NCBI GenBank assembly: GCA_040386535.1
Contig: JAZKFH010000013.1
Coordinates: forward strand, 288,928-352,927
Length of the DNA: 64,000 bases
Direction: 5' to 3'
DNA from: Myxococcota bacterium
Lineage (GTDB): Bacteria > Myxococcota_A > UBA796 > SXON01
The position numbers were made by a program, and so were the translations under genes. How positions within the stretch are numbered: position 1 is the stretch's first letter; every line of letters begins with the position of its first letter. Below are positions 10,367 to 19,901 of the stretch, piece after piece. The notes below the pieces were generated by a model. That model was not told the origin of the DNA, made no database searches, and worked only from the letters and a program-made list of their open reading frames with translations.

Positions 10367-11137
10367 ATGCTCGTCGCGCTCGCTCTCGCCGCCGTCGCCC
10401 AGGCCGCCCCCCGCGCCGTCCCCGTGGAGTGGACAGTGGCCGGCGCGCCCTACAGCGGGTTCGTCGTGTATGACGACGCCACGAAGACCAAACGCCCCGG
10501 CATCGTGATGGTCCCCAACTGGATGGGCGTGAACGACGCCGCGGTGGAGAAGGCCAAGACCATCGCCGGCACCGAGTACGTCGTGCTCCTGGCGGATGTG
10601 TTCGGCGCCAAGGTGCGCCCCACGGACACGAAGCAGGCGGGCGAGACCGCCGGGGCGCTGTACGCCGACCGTCCTGCGCTCCGGGCCCGCGCTACCGCGG
10701 CGGTGGAGACGTTGCGGGCGCAGGCGAGCAAGGTGCCGCTGGACGTGTCGAAGGTGGCCGCCATCGGCTTCTGCTTCGGTGGCAGCGCGGTGCTCGAGCT
10801 CGCGCGCGGCGGCGCCGATCTCGACGCGTTCGTGAGCTTCCACGGCGGCCTCGCCACCCCGATGCCCGCGGCGAAGGGCGCGATCAAGGGGCCCGTGCTC
10901 GTGCTCAACGGCGCTGCGGACGCGAACGTCAAGCCCGAAGACATCGCCGCGTTCCAGACCGAGATGACCACCGCCGGCGCCGACTGGCAGTTCGTCAACT
11001 TCGGCGGCGCGGTGCACTGCTTTGCCGAGCCCGACGCCAATCGCCCGCCCAACTGCCTGTACGACCAGAAGGCGGCCGGCCGCGCGTTCGGGGCGATGGA
11101 CGTGTTGTTCGACGAGGTGTTCGCGTCGGGCAAGTAG
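10367..11137 (+). CDS. Dienelactone hydrolase family protein, exported
   Basis: GFCFGG, SFHG, GAVHCF motifs; GGAGG RBS. Confidence 0.92.
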   Translation: MLVALALAAVAQAAPRAVPVEWTVAGAPYSGFVVYDDATKTKRPGIVMVPNWMGVNDAAVEKAKTIAGTEYVVLLADVFGAKVRPTDTKQAGETAGALYADRPALRARATAAVETLRAQASKVPLDVSKVAAIGFCFGGSAVLELARGGADLDAFVSFHGGLATPMPAAKGAIKGPVLVLNGAADANVKPEDIAAFQTEMTTAGADWQFVNFGGAVHCFAEPDANRPPNCLYDQKAAGRAFGAMDVLFDEVFASGK

Positions 11138-11198
11138 GCGATGCCGAGCGGATGTGCGTGTCCTCGTGTAGGATGCCGGCCCTTTGGAGCTGACCCCC

Positions 11199-12362
11199 AT
11201 GCGCACCCTCTCGCTTCTCCCCCTCTTCGGCCTGCTCGCGTTGGCCGCCTGCACCGACGGCGACAAGCCCGTGGACACCGCCGCGGAGGCGGACGCCGAC
11301 ACGGACACCGATACGGACACCGATACCGATACGGACACCGATACCGATACGGACACGGATACCGATACGGACACGGATACCGATACGGACACGGACACCG
11401 ATACGGACACGGACACCGATACGGACACGGACACCGATACCGATACCGACACCGAGGCTCCCGCCTACACCTTCGCCGGCACCGTCACGGTGTACGAGGA
11501 GTACGAAGGCACGGTCGTCTGTGACGCCGAGGCGACGCTCACGGGCACCCCGTACACCGGCGATTGTGTCGATTGTGACTTCGCGCTGGAGATCGACAGC
11601 ACCCTCACGCGTGACGACGGGACCGACGACTGCGACTATCGCCCGCACGGAAGCCTCATCGAGAGCACGCGCTACCACGATGTCTTCCTGAGGTTCCAGC
11701 CCGAGTTCTACGGGAGTTACGACGTCCTCTCCTCCGGGTACACCGAGACCTACTACGGCTACGAGCTCGGCCCGTATCCGTCGGCGATCGCCTATGTCGG
11801 GAGCGACTATGGCACGTTCTCCCGCGTCGGGGACGACATCTCGTGGACCCTGTCGTACGCGCTCGGGTACACGACCGACGATTACTACGTGAGCTGCGAA
11901 TACGTCGACTACAGCGACGGCGGCGGGGCCCTCACCGGTAGCGTCGGCAGCTCGTCCGTCGACTGCCGGGGGCACCTCGTCGACGTGTGGACCTTCGTGG
12001 CCGACGGCACGACCGACGTGAACATCAGCCTTGACACCGTCTCGGCGACCACCACGTTCGACCCGAAGTTCATCGTGAACGACCCCGACGGCTGCACCGT
12101 CGAGTACGGCGACGATGCGTTCGAGTGCAGCTTCCCGCCCCCCGCGTACTCCTGCCCGTCGTCCGTCCTCACCGCGCCCGCCGCGGGGACGTACCAGATC
12201 GTGGTGTCGAGCCTCGGCAACTGCGCGGGCACGGACGCGGACTACGAGCTCCACGTCGAGGGCGGCACGGACGTGGTGTTGCTCAGTGACGACGTCGACA
12301 TGTTCGTCGCGCAGGGCGAGGTCGTGGTCGAGGGCAGCGGCACGCTGACGCTGGTCGAGTAG
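11199..12362 (+). CDS. Acidic lipoprotein with a long (DT)n linker and a PPC-like C-terminal domain
   Basis: LAAC lipobox, DT repeat at ~11293-11454, DVWTF...FDP...GTYQIVVS. Confidence 0.85.
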   Translation: MRTLSLLPLFGLLALAACTDGDKPVDTAAEADADTDTDTDTDTDTDTDTDTDTDTDTDTDTDTDTDTDTDTDTDTDTDTDTDTDTEAPAYTFAGTVTVYEEYEGTVVCDAEATLTGTPYTGDCVDCDFALEIDSTLTRDDGTDDCDYRPHGSLIESTRYHDVFLRFQPEFYGSYDVLSSGYTETYYGYELGPYPSAIAYVGSDYGTFSRVGDDISWTLSYALGYTTDDYYVSCEYVDYSDGGGALTGSVGSSSVDCRGHLVDVWTFVADGTTDVNISLDTVSATTTFDPKFIVNDPDGCTVEYGDDAFECSFPPPAYSCPSSVLTAPAAGTYQIVVSSLGNCAGTDADYELHVEGGTDVVLLSDDVDMFVAQGEVVVEGSGTLTLVE

Positions 12363-12374
12363 GCTCCCCGAGTC

Positions 12375-12402
12375 GCCGGCGTCGCAAGTCAGCGACGCCG
12401 GC
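12375..12402. terminator. Hairpin between convergent genes (candidate bidirectional terminator)
   Basis: GCCGGCGTCGC-AAGTCA-GCGACGCCGGC, a perfect 11-bp stem with no U-tract. Confidence 0.6.
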
Positions 12403-12404
12403 CC

Positions 12405-13598
12405 TCAAGCCGGGACGTCGACCCCGTACAAGCCGTCGAACGAGCCCGCCATCATCGACGTCGGCAGGCTGCGGAACAACCAGTCCCGCACGCCGCGCGC
12501 CACCCCGTTCTCCCATTGCCCCACCTGCCCGAGCCGCTCGGATTGGCGCACGATCCCGATGACACGTTTGCGTCGGGCGGCCTCGTACGCCTGGAGCGCG
12601 GCGGGCACGTCGGCGCGGCCCTTCGCGAGGTGGTCCGCCAGGATCACCGCGTCCTCGATCGCCTGGCACGCGCCCTGGCCCATGTTGGGCGTCATCGCGT
12701 GCGCGGCGTCGCCCAGCAGGGTGATCCGCCCCGTGGTCCATCGTGGCAGGATCGGGAGGTCGACGATGTCGTTGCGGAGGATGTTCGCCGCGGGCGTGCC
12801 CGCGATCAGCGCGGGGACGGGGTCCGCGAACGCGGCGAACAACGTGCGGAGCGAACCGTGCACGTCGTCGGGATCGGCGCCGCCCGCGGGGGTGTTGTTG
12901 GTGGCGAACCAGTAGGTGCCCGCGGCGCCCAGCGGCACGATGCCGAAGCGCCGGCCGGCGCCCCAGCGCTCGGTGGTGCAGCCGGGCGGCACGACCACGT
13001 TCGGGGGCGCCACGCCGCGCCAGCAGGTGTAGCCGGCGTAGCGGGGCGCCAGCTCGCCGAAGAGCGCGCGCCGCACGGCCGAGTGGATGCCGTCGGCCCC
13101 CACGAGCGCGGCCCCGTGCACCTCGCGGCCGTCGGAGAGCACGGCCGTCACGCCGTCGGCGTCCTGGCGCACGTCCTCGACACCGGCGCCATACTCGACC
13201 GCGCCGCTCGGCAGCGCCCCGGCGAGCACGTCCGCGAAGGCGCCGCGGTGGATCGCCACGCCCGCCCGCCCGAACCGCGCCGCCGCCCCGGCGAGGTCCA
13301 TGCGCTGGAGCACCGTGCCGTCGGCCTGCTCCAGGGTGCCCGCCTCCAGGCGCTGTCCCGCGGCGGTCACGGCGTCGGCGAGGCCGAGCGGCTCGAGCAT
13401 GCGCACGGCGTTGATCTGGAGCGTCAGGCCGGCGCCGGACACGCGCAGTTCGGGCGCGCGCTCGAACACCCGCACGTCGAAGCCCTTGCGACGGAGCGCG
13501 ATGGCCGCCACGAGCCCACCAGGGCCGCCGCCCGCGATGAGGAGGGGCCCGGCGTCGAGGAGGGGCCCGCCGCCGGCGATGGGCAGGGAAGGGGACAT
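12405..13598 (-). CDS. FAD-dependent monooxygenase
   Basis: GGGPGG, GADGIHS, GDAAH...PNMGQG...EDA motifs; GGAG RBS. Confidence 0.93.
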   Translation of the reverse strand: MSPSLPIAGGGPLLDAGPLLIAGGGPGGLVAAIALRRKGFDVRVFERAPELRVSGAGLTLQINAVRMLEPLGLADAVTAAGQRLEAGTLEQADGTVLQRMDLAGAAARFGRAGVAIHRGAFADVLAGALPSGAVEYGAGVEDVRQDADGVTAVLSDGREVHGAALVGADGIHSAVRRALFGELAPRYAGYTCWRGVAPPNVVVPPGCTTERWGAGRRFGIVPLGAAGTYWFATNNTPAGGADPDDVHGSLRTLFAAFADPVPALIAGTPAANILRNDIVDLPILPRWTTGRITLLGDAAHAMTPNMGQGACQAIEDAVILADHLAKGRADVPAALQAYEAARRKRVIGIVRQSERLGQVGQWENGVARGVRDWLFRSLPTSMMAGSFDGLYGVDVPA

Positions 13599-13669
13599 GT
13601 GTTTTCTCCGCGCCCAAGGGTATGACCGTTCGCTCCGATCCTCCACTCGCATCGAGGGGGCCCCGCCCG

Positions 13670-14293
13670 ATGCCCAACGATCCCCGTAAAACGCCGATCC
13701 AGAGCCGGTCCCGCGAGACCGTGCGCGCCATCCTCCAGGCCGCCGCTCGCATCCTGGCGGCCGAGGGCCCCGACGCCTTGACCACCAACCACATCGCCAA
13801 GGTGGCCGGGGTCGGCATCGGCTCGCTCTACCAGTACTTTCCCACCCGGGACGCCGTCGTGGCCGCCCTCGTCGACGCGCGCCTCGACGAGGATCGTGTC
13901 GCCGTCGGCGAGGCCCTCGCCCCGCTCGCCGGGGCCCCCGTGCGTGAACAGATCGGCGGGATGGTGCGCCTCGTGATGCAGCGCCAGGCCGAGGCCGCCC
14001 CGTGGCTCGCGCGCCTCCTCCCGCTGTTGCCGGCCCTCGACCGCGAGGAGCGCGCCCAACGCATGGTGCGCGAGAGCACCGCGCTCGTCGCGACGCTCCT
14101 CCTCGCCCACCCCGGCACGCTGCGCCCCGAGCTGCGCGATCCCACGCGCCTCGACGTGGCCCTGTTCGCCACGTCCCGCGGCCTCCGCGGCCTCGTCAAC
14201 GCCGCGGCGATGGAGCGCCCCGAGCTCCTCCGCGATCCCGACTTCCAGGCGGCCGCGGCGCGCATGGTCGAGGCGGCGCTGCTCGACGGCTGA
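13670..14293 (+). CDS. TetR/AcrR family regulator
   Basis: IAKVAGVGIGSLYQYFP HTH; divergent from the monooxygenase. Confidence 0.93.
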   Translation: MPNDPRKTPIQSRSRETVRAILQAAARILAAEGPDALTTNHIAKVAGVGIGSLYQYFPTRDAVVAALVDARLDEDRVAVGEALAPLAGAPVREQIGGMVRLVMQRQAEAAPWLARLLPLLPALDREERAQRMVRESTALVATLLLAHPGTLRPELRDPTRLDVALFATSRGLRGLVNAAAMERPELLRDPDFQAAAARMVEAALLDG

Positions 14294-14300
14294 GCCGAGC

Positions 14301-14699
14301 TCACCCCTCCTTGCGGAGCTCCAGCGCCTCCTGCTCGGGCCAGGACGACTCGAGGAAGTTCAGCCGATACCCGTCCGGATCGGTCACGACGATCTCGCGC
14401 GTGTGCCACGGCTGGTCGGTCGGCCCGTCCACCCGCGCGCCCGCGGCCCGCGCCCACCCCGCGAGCGTGTCGACCCCCTCGGTCCGAAAACACACCAGCA
14501 CGCCCACCGCGCGCCGCCCCTCGAGCGTCTGGCCCGCGGGCTGCCGCACGAGGAACAGGTCGGCCCCGTTGGTCCACCGCAGGCGCGCGAACACGGCGTC
14601 CCGCTCCGTGAGCACGAAGCCGAGCGCCTCGTAGAAGGCCACCGAACGATCGGCGTCGGTGACGAGGAGCTTGGCGAAGGAGGCGGCGAGGTCGGCCAT
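14301..14699 (-). CDS. VOC/glyoxalase family protein
   Basis: SVAFYEALGF, GPTDQPWHTRE, DPDGY. Confidence 0.9.
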   Translation of the reverse strand: MADLAASFAKLLVTDADRSVAFYEALGFVLTERDAVFARLRWTNGADLFLVRQPAGQTLEGRRAVGVLVCFRTEGVDTLAGWARAAGARVDGPTDQPWHTREIVVTDPDGYRLNFLESSWPEQEALELRKEG

Positions 14700-14882
14700 G
14701 GCGCCTTCTACCCCGACGGCACCGGGCAGGGGAGGGGGCGCCCCCGGCCGAGCCGGGGTCGGCACCGGCCGGGCTCGCTCCGCTCGGTCCGCCCGCGCGG
14801 ACGCGTGCGGGACCGGCCGCGCCGAGCCGCGGCCGCCCTCTCGGCGCCTCGCCCGGGTGCTCGTCGGGCTCTCGGGCCCCGG

Positions 14883-15156
14883 CCCAGCGGACGAAGTCGA
14901 CCCACCTTTTTGACATGTCCCCCGAGTTCGTCCGCCCGGCGGACGAACTCGGCCCCCCTGTTCGACAGGTCCCCGGAGTTCGTCCGCCCAGCGGACGAAG
15001 TGGGCCCCCCTGTTCGACAGGTCCCCGGAGATCGTCCGCCCAGCGGACGAAGTGGGCCCACCTGTTCGACAGGTCCCCCGAGTTCGTCCGCCCGGCGGAC
15101 GAAGTGGGCCCCCCTGTTCGACAGGTCCCCGGAGATCGTCCGCCCGGCGGACGAAG
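14883..15156. repeat. Tandem 52-bp palindromic (REP/BIME-like) array, 5 units plus a partial
   Basis: Unit CCC(A/G)GCGGACGAAG...CCTGTTCGACAGGT...(T/A)TCGTCCG starting at 14883, 14935, 14987, 15039, 15091. Confidence 0.95.
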
Positions 15157-15369
15157 GGGGCCTGGGTGGAGTCGCTCTCGATCGTTTTCGCGCTCCTGGG
15201 CGCCCTCGCGGCTACCGCGGCACCGCCTGACGAGCAGCTACCCCCCTGCGTGGCGATCGTGCGCCATTGAAGCCGAGAGGACGACGAGTATATTGACGCG
15301 TCAATGGTGGAAACGGCGCGAGCTGGACGCGACCCTCCGGCTCCCGATGTCGGATGCCTCCCGGCAGCC

Positions 15370-15542
15370 GCGTCATCTTGGGCTCCAGATGCCTTGTCTA
15401 CCCCCCAGGATGACGCCTCCCACGCTCGTTTCGCGTCATCCTGGCGGGTAGATGGCCGTATCCACCCCCCAAGATGACGCGTGGGAGGCCAAACGGCGTC
15501 ATCCTGGGCCCCAGATACTTTATCCACCCCCCAAGGCGACGC
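15370..15542. repeat. Three 47-48 bp GCGTCATC...GATGACGC hairpins, period 63 (CGTC-type REP-like)
   Basis: Units at 15370-15416, 15433-15480, 15496-15542. Confidence 0.88.
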
Positions 15543-15814
15543 GCGGCGTGGTGGGCGTGCGCGCCGCGAGCGGGCGCCGAGCTGGGCGCGACTCGACACC
15601 GGCCGCGCGCGCTCCGCCCGCGCGGACGCGTCCGGCCCGCCCCGAGCCTCGCTCCGCCCGCGCTGACGCATACGCGTCCGGCCCGCCCCGAGCCTCGGTC
15701 CGCCGCGCGGACGCGTGCGGGACCGGCCGCCCCGAGCCGCGGCTGCCCTCTCGGCGCCTCGCCCGCAACCCCGGCACCTCGCCCGCAACCAGCGCCCGCG
15801 TTAGCCCCGGCGTC

Positions 15815-16771
15815 ATGATCGCTACCCTCTTCCTCCTCTCGTTCCTCGGCTGCAACAAGGAAACCCCCGCGGCGCCCGCGCCCACGGTCGAGGCGGCGCC
15901 GGGTGACGTGCCCGCCCCGAGCGACGTGGCCGCCGTCCCCGCCGACGCGCAGAAGACCGCGTCCGGGCTGGCCTACAAGGTGCTCACGCCCGGCACGGGC
16001 ACCGAGATGCCCGTCGCGGCCGACTCGGTCGAGGTGCACTACACCGGCTGGACGACCGACGGCAAGATGTTCGACTCGTCGACCAAGCGGAACAAGACCG
16101 CCAAGTTCGCCCTCAAGGGCGTGATCAAGGGCTGGACCGAGGGCCTCCAGCTCATGACGGTCGGGCAGAAGAACCGCTTCTGGATCCCCTCCGAGCTCGC
16201 GTACGACGGCAAGCCCGGCAAGCCCGCGGGCATGCTCGTGTTCGATGTCGAGCTCGTGAGCATCACCGCCGCCCCCAAGCCCATCCCCGCCCCGGAGGAC
16301 GTGGCCGCGGCCCCCGCCGACGCGAAGAAGACCAAGTCCGGCCTCGCCTACAAGGTGCTCCAGGCGGGCACCGGCAAGAGCCACCCCACCGCCGACTCCG
16401 TGGTCGAGGTCGACTACACGGGCTGGTCGAAGGACGGCGTCATGTTCGACAGCTCGGTCACCCGTGGCAAGCCCGCGTCGTTCCCGCTCGGCCGCGTCAT
16501 CCCCGGCTGGACCGAGGGCGTGCAGCTGATGGTCGTCGGCGACAAGACGCGCTTCTGGATCCCCGCCGACCTCGCCTACGGCGCCGAGCCCAAGCGCCCG
16601 GGCGCCCCCTCCGGCGATCTCGTGTTCGACATCGAGCTCAAGGAGATCAAGGAGGCGACCACCACCACCGCGGGCGCGCCCCGCCCCGGCCCGCTGAAGC
16701 CCGGCACCTCGGCCACGCCCCCCGCGATGCGCAAGACGGTCGACGCCAAGCGCGCGCACCCGGACAACTAG
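15815..16771 (+). CDS. Double-domain FKBP-type peptidyl-prolyl isomerase, lipoprotein
   Basis: FLGC lipobox; two YTGW..DG..FDSS / VI.GWTEG / FWIP..LAY domains. Confidence 0.95.
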   Translation: MIATLFLLSFLGCNKETPAAPAPTVEAAPGDVPAPSDVAAVPADAQKTASGLAYKVLTPGTGTEMPVAADSVEVHYTGWTTDGKMFDSSTKRNKTAKFALKGVIKGWTEGLQLMTVGQKNRFWIPSELAYDGKPGKPAGMLVFDVELVSITAAPKPIPAPEDVAAAPADAKKTKSGLAYKVLQAGTGKSHPTADSVVEVDYTGWSKDGVMFDSSVTRGKPASFPLGRVIPGWTEGVQLMVVGDKTRFWIPADLAYGAEPKRPGAPSGDLVFDIELKEIKEATTTTAGAPRPGPLKPGTSATPPAMRKTVDAKRAHPDN

Positions 16772-16813
16772 TCCGCGTCAGATTGCCAGAGCGGCGCGGT
16801 CCTCGTCTCGCGC

Positions 16814-17500
16814 CTACGGAGAGACGAGGATTCCGCCCGGGTTGAACAGGGCCTGCACCACCGGGATGCCGGCCAGCACCCAGAAGACGACCGACGCCAC
16901 GGCGAGGGCGGCGAGCTGGAAGGCCCACCACGCCCACCAGCCGGGCACCTTCCAGCGGGGGGAGGGCATCTGCTGGAGCTGGTCACACACCCACCCGGCC
17001 TCGGAGCGGGTGAGGTGCGCCAGGACGGTGAGCATCTCGGGGGCGTCCGGCGTGTTCAACCGCGCCTCCAGGGCGGCGCGGAGGCTCGTGTCGAAGCGAA
17101 CGTCGAGGGCATCCCCACCGGAGACCAGCACGGGGCCGTGGCGATCGCGGTCGAGCCGCGCGTCGATCCAGCCGGTGGGGGCCTTTCCGCCGAGCAGCCG
17201 CCGGGCCGGGACGGCGTCGGCGGTGGTGATGGCCGGCCCCAACGAGGGCACGAGCGGCAGGATGATGCCGAGCCCGCGCCCACCCGCGCCCAACATCCCG
17301 ACCGAGTAGACCAGGCCCACCGAGCCCATCCCGACGGCGAACACGCCGATGGCCACCTGGCCGATCGCGACGAACCCGCGCGCGACCTGCCCGACGGCGA
17401 TGACGCCCGTGGCGACCTGCCCGAACGCGATCACGCCGGTCGCAAACTGGCCGATCGCGATGACGCCGTTCGCCTCTTCTCCGACCGAGATCCACCGCAT
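16814..17500 (-). CDS. Membrane protein with N-terminal G-V-I-A-x-G-Q repeats
   Basis: 10-residue GVIAIGQFAT-type repeats and a C-terminal TM helix. Confidence 0.8.
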   Translation of the reverse strand: MRWISVGEEANGVIAIGQFATGVIAFGQVATGVIAVGQVARGFVAIGQVAIGVFAVGMGSVGLVYSVGMLGAGGRGLGIILPLVPSLGPAITTADAVPARRLLGGKAPTGWIDARLDRDRHGPVLVSGGDALDVRFDTSLRAALEARLNTPDAPEMLTVLAHLTRSEAGWVCDQLQQMPSPRWKVPGWWAWWAFQLAALAVASVVFWVLAGIPVVQALFNPGGILVSP

Positions 17501-17588
17501 CCGAACCCTGGGGTGGCGCGGTTGTACCACCGGCGGAGTGCGCGCGCCTGCCGTTCGGTGGGCTACGCTCCCGCTCCGGAGTCACCCC

Positions 17589-18626
17589 ATGGACGTCTGC
17601 GCCTCCTGCGGCATCGTCGCGCCCCGCCCGGGGCTCCCGTGTCAGGCATGTGGAGGCACGGCGATCGAGAAGGCGCCCGCGCGAACGGGGGCGCTCTACT
17701 TCGTGCAGGTCTCCTGCCAGTTCCAGTGCCGCGGCTGTGGGCGGCTCGCGCCGCTCGACGCCGTGGAGATCGACGGGCTGGCGCGCTGCGCGTGTTGTGG
17801 GCTCACCCAGGCGTTCGACGTGGGCGGCTGGCACGAGGGCCTCGCGTTCGCGCACGCCGTGGGAGACCTGTCCGCCGGGGCACCGGGGGAGGGGCTCCAC
17901 CCGCATCCGCGCTGGGCCATCGGCGCCTACAACCCCCATCGCGCGCTCGGCGTCAATAAGGCGGCCGACACGATCGTGATCTCCTCCACCAGCCGCGTCG
18001 ACGGCCTGGAGGTGCGCCGCTCGCTCCGCCTCCGCGCCGCGCCCGGGCACCCCGTCTGTGACAGCTGCCACCTGCCCCTCGTGGTCGACCTCCCCTCCGA
18101 GGGCCAGGCCCGCACCCGGTGTCCAGGGTGTGGCGCCACCGCCCGGTACGACGTGTCCGCCGGCGTGCTCGCCGCGTGTGGCGGGCTGCGCGGCGTCCTC
18201 GCCGACGCCCAACGCGAGGACCTCACCGACGCGCGCACCGCGGACGACGGCGGGGTCGTGGCGCTCTCCTGCCCCGGCTGCGGTGCGCCCCTGCGCGTCG
18301 AGGGCCATGGCCACACCGCCACGTGCCCCTTCTGCCACCTCGTCTGCCGCATCCCGTCGAGCGCGCCGGCGGCGCGCGCGGAGGACGTGCCCGCCGTCCC
18401 GTTCTGGGTCGTGTTCGGCGGCCCCTCCGCGCGGCGGGCGGAGCTCGAACGTGGGGAGGACGAGAAGCGCGCCCGCGGCATCCAGATGCCGACCGTGGCC
18501 CCCATGCCCAAGGGAATCCGGGGATGGCTCCGCCTCCTGCCCGCCGTGGTCGTGGCGGGCGGGATGACCGTCGTGACCGGCGTAGCACTATTCGCGCTGA
18601 TGAGGCTGGCGATCGTGCGGATGTGA
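17589..18626 (+). CDS. Multi zinc-ribbon protein with a C-terminal membrane anchor
   Basis: Eight CxxC motifs; GGAG RBS; hydrophobic C-terminus. Confidence 0.85.
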   Translation: MDVCASCGIVAPRPGLPCQACGGTAIEKAPARTGALYFVQVSCQFQCRGCGRLAPLDAVEIDGLARCACCGLTQAFDVGGWHEGLAFAHAVGDLSAGAPGEGLHPHPRWAIGAYNPHRALGVNKAADTIVISSTSRVDGLEVRRSLRLRAAPGHPVCDSCHLPLVVDLPSEGQARTRCPGCGATARYDVSAGVLAACGGLRGVLADAQREDLTDARTADDGGVVALSCPGCGAPLRVEGHGHTATCPFCHLVCRIPSSAPAARAEDVPAVPFWVVFGGPSARRAELERGEDEKRARGIQMPTVAPMPKGIRGWLRLLPAVVVAGGMTVVTGVALFALMRLAIVRM

Positions 18627-18645
18627 GGGCGCCCGCGGCCCTCGA

Positions 18646-19860
18646 CTAACTCCGCGGCCCCGAGAGCAGCTGCCCGAGCGGCAAGCCGGGGAGGTCACCG
18701 GCGAGCTGGCGCACCTGGTCGCGCAACATCTGCGGGAGCAGCGCCTTGGCCTGGTCCTCCACCTTCTTGCGGATGCCGCGGAGCTGCGGGCTCTCCGTGT
18801 CGCGCACGCCGAGGTCCTGGCCGGTACGCAGCTGGGCCACCATCCCGAGCACCTTGAGCAGGCCGAGGCCGGTCTCCGCGCCGAGGGTGTAGCGCATGTC
18901 GCGCACCGACAGGTCGGGCCCGAAGGTGATGCCGTGCAGATCGAGGCCGCCGAGCAGCCCGAACGACTCGTGCTCGAGCGTCAGGCCGTCCGTGTCCAGG
19001 GTCAGCTCGCGGAGGCGGGGCGCCGAGAGCGCGTCGGCCATCGTGCCGTTGAGCCTCGCGACGAGGTTCAGGCTGGCGCGGTCGTCCAGGCGCAGCATCA
19101 TCCCGTCGGACAGGGGGATGGTCACCGGCTTCGGCTGCACGCTCGCGGTCAGCTCGGGCTCGGTGATCTTCGAGAGCAGGTCGTCCTTCTTGGGCTTGCC
19201 GTCGGGCCCCTTGGCCGCCGGGAAGGCCGTCGCGAGCGCGTTCACCACCGACGAGAGGCGCTGGGTCAGCGTCGGATCGGTGTAGGGATCGTAGTTGCCG
19301 CCGCGCAGATCGGGGGGCATCGCCGTCGTGACCGCGTCCGCGAACTTCGACTCGATGCCGCCCTTCAGGTCCATGAACAGGTCGAGGAAGTCACCCGCCG
19401 CGCCGGTGTCGATGGAGAGCGAGGCGCGGCCGGTCTGGAAGTTGAAGTACAGCTGGGAGAGCGTGATGCCGCCCGTCGCCATGCGCTCCCAGAAGCCGCC
19501 CGGGCGCACGAGCAGCGAGGGGTGGAAGCGGGCCCACATGCCGCTGCGGCCGACGCCCACCGAGAAGCCGGTCGACGCCTCGGTCTTGAGCTCGTTGCCC
19601 TCCGAGGCGCCCAGCAGCGCGTTGCCGGGGAGCCGGCCCGACACGGAGACGCTGGCGCCGTGGGTGCGGTCCCGCAGCGCGGTCTGCGCGCCCTCGATGC
19701 CGCCCTGGGGCGCGGGGGTCTGCTCGCCGACACGCTGCTGCATGGCCGCGTTGCCGACGGTGGCCTGCCGACTCCTACCACCCGCCGGCGCCTGCGCCGG
19801 AGCCTGGGTGACGGGGGCGGGTGCGCGGGTCGGGGTCTGCTGGGCGCGGCCGGGAGGCAT
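18646..19860 (-). CDS. Hypothetical protein
   Basis: Strong GC3 bias; low-complexity N-terminus with VGNAAMQQR. Confidence 0.8.
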   Translation of the reverse strand: MPPGRAQQTPTRAPAPVTQAPAQAPAGGRSRQATVGNAAMQQRVGEQTPAPQGGIEGAQTALRDRTHGASVSVSGRLPGNALLGASEGNELKTEASTGFSVGVGRSGMWARFHPSLLVRPGGFWERMATGGITLSQLYFNFQTGRASLSIDTGAAGDFLDLFMDLKGGIESKFADAVTTAMPPDLRGGNYDPYTDPTLTQRLSSVVNALATAFPAAKGPDGKPKKDDLLSKITEPELTASVQPKPVTIPLSDGMMLRLDDRASLNLVARLNGTMADALSAPRLRELTLDTDGLTLEHESFGLLGGLDLHGITFGPDLSVRDMRYTLGAETGLGLLKVLGMVAQLRTGQDLGVRDTESPQLRGIRKKVEDQAKALLPQMLRDQVRQLAGDLPGLPLGQLLSGPRS

Positions 19861-19901
19861 GGCAATCCGAGGAGGTTGCGCTAGTGTAGCAGCGACGCGC
19901 G

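Larger units (their letters stand above)
14783..15765. repeat. 72-73 bp near-identical direct repeat (14783-14855 and 15694-15765) bracketing two hairpin arrays
   Basis: CTCGGTCCGCC(C)GCGCGGACGCGTGCGGGACCGGCCGC...CTCTCGGCGCCTCGCCCG; one indel and two substitutions between copies. Confidence 0.9.

Noticed and set aside
10340..11452. Antisense (SV)n ORF and the many long Arg/Gly/Pro-rich overlapping ORFs in the track
   Set aside because: Shadow frames of real high-GC genes.
14883..15156. CRISPR array
   Set aside because: Units abut with no unique spacers and no cas genes are present; the same applies to 37227-37376 and 56950-57078.
15166..15370. Selenocysteine read-through at the TGA near 15268
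   Set aside because: No credible start or family motif, and the hairpin is too far from the TGA for a typical bacterial SECIS.
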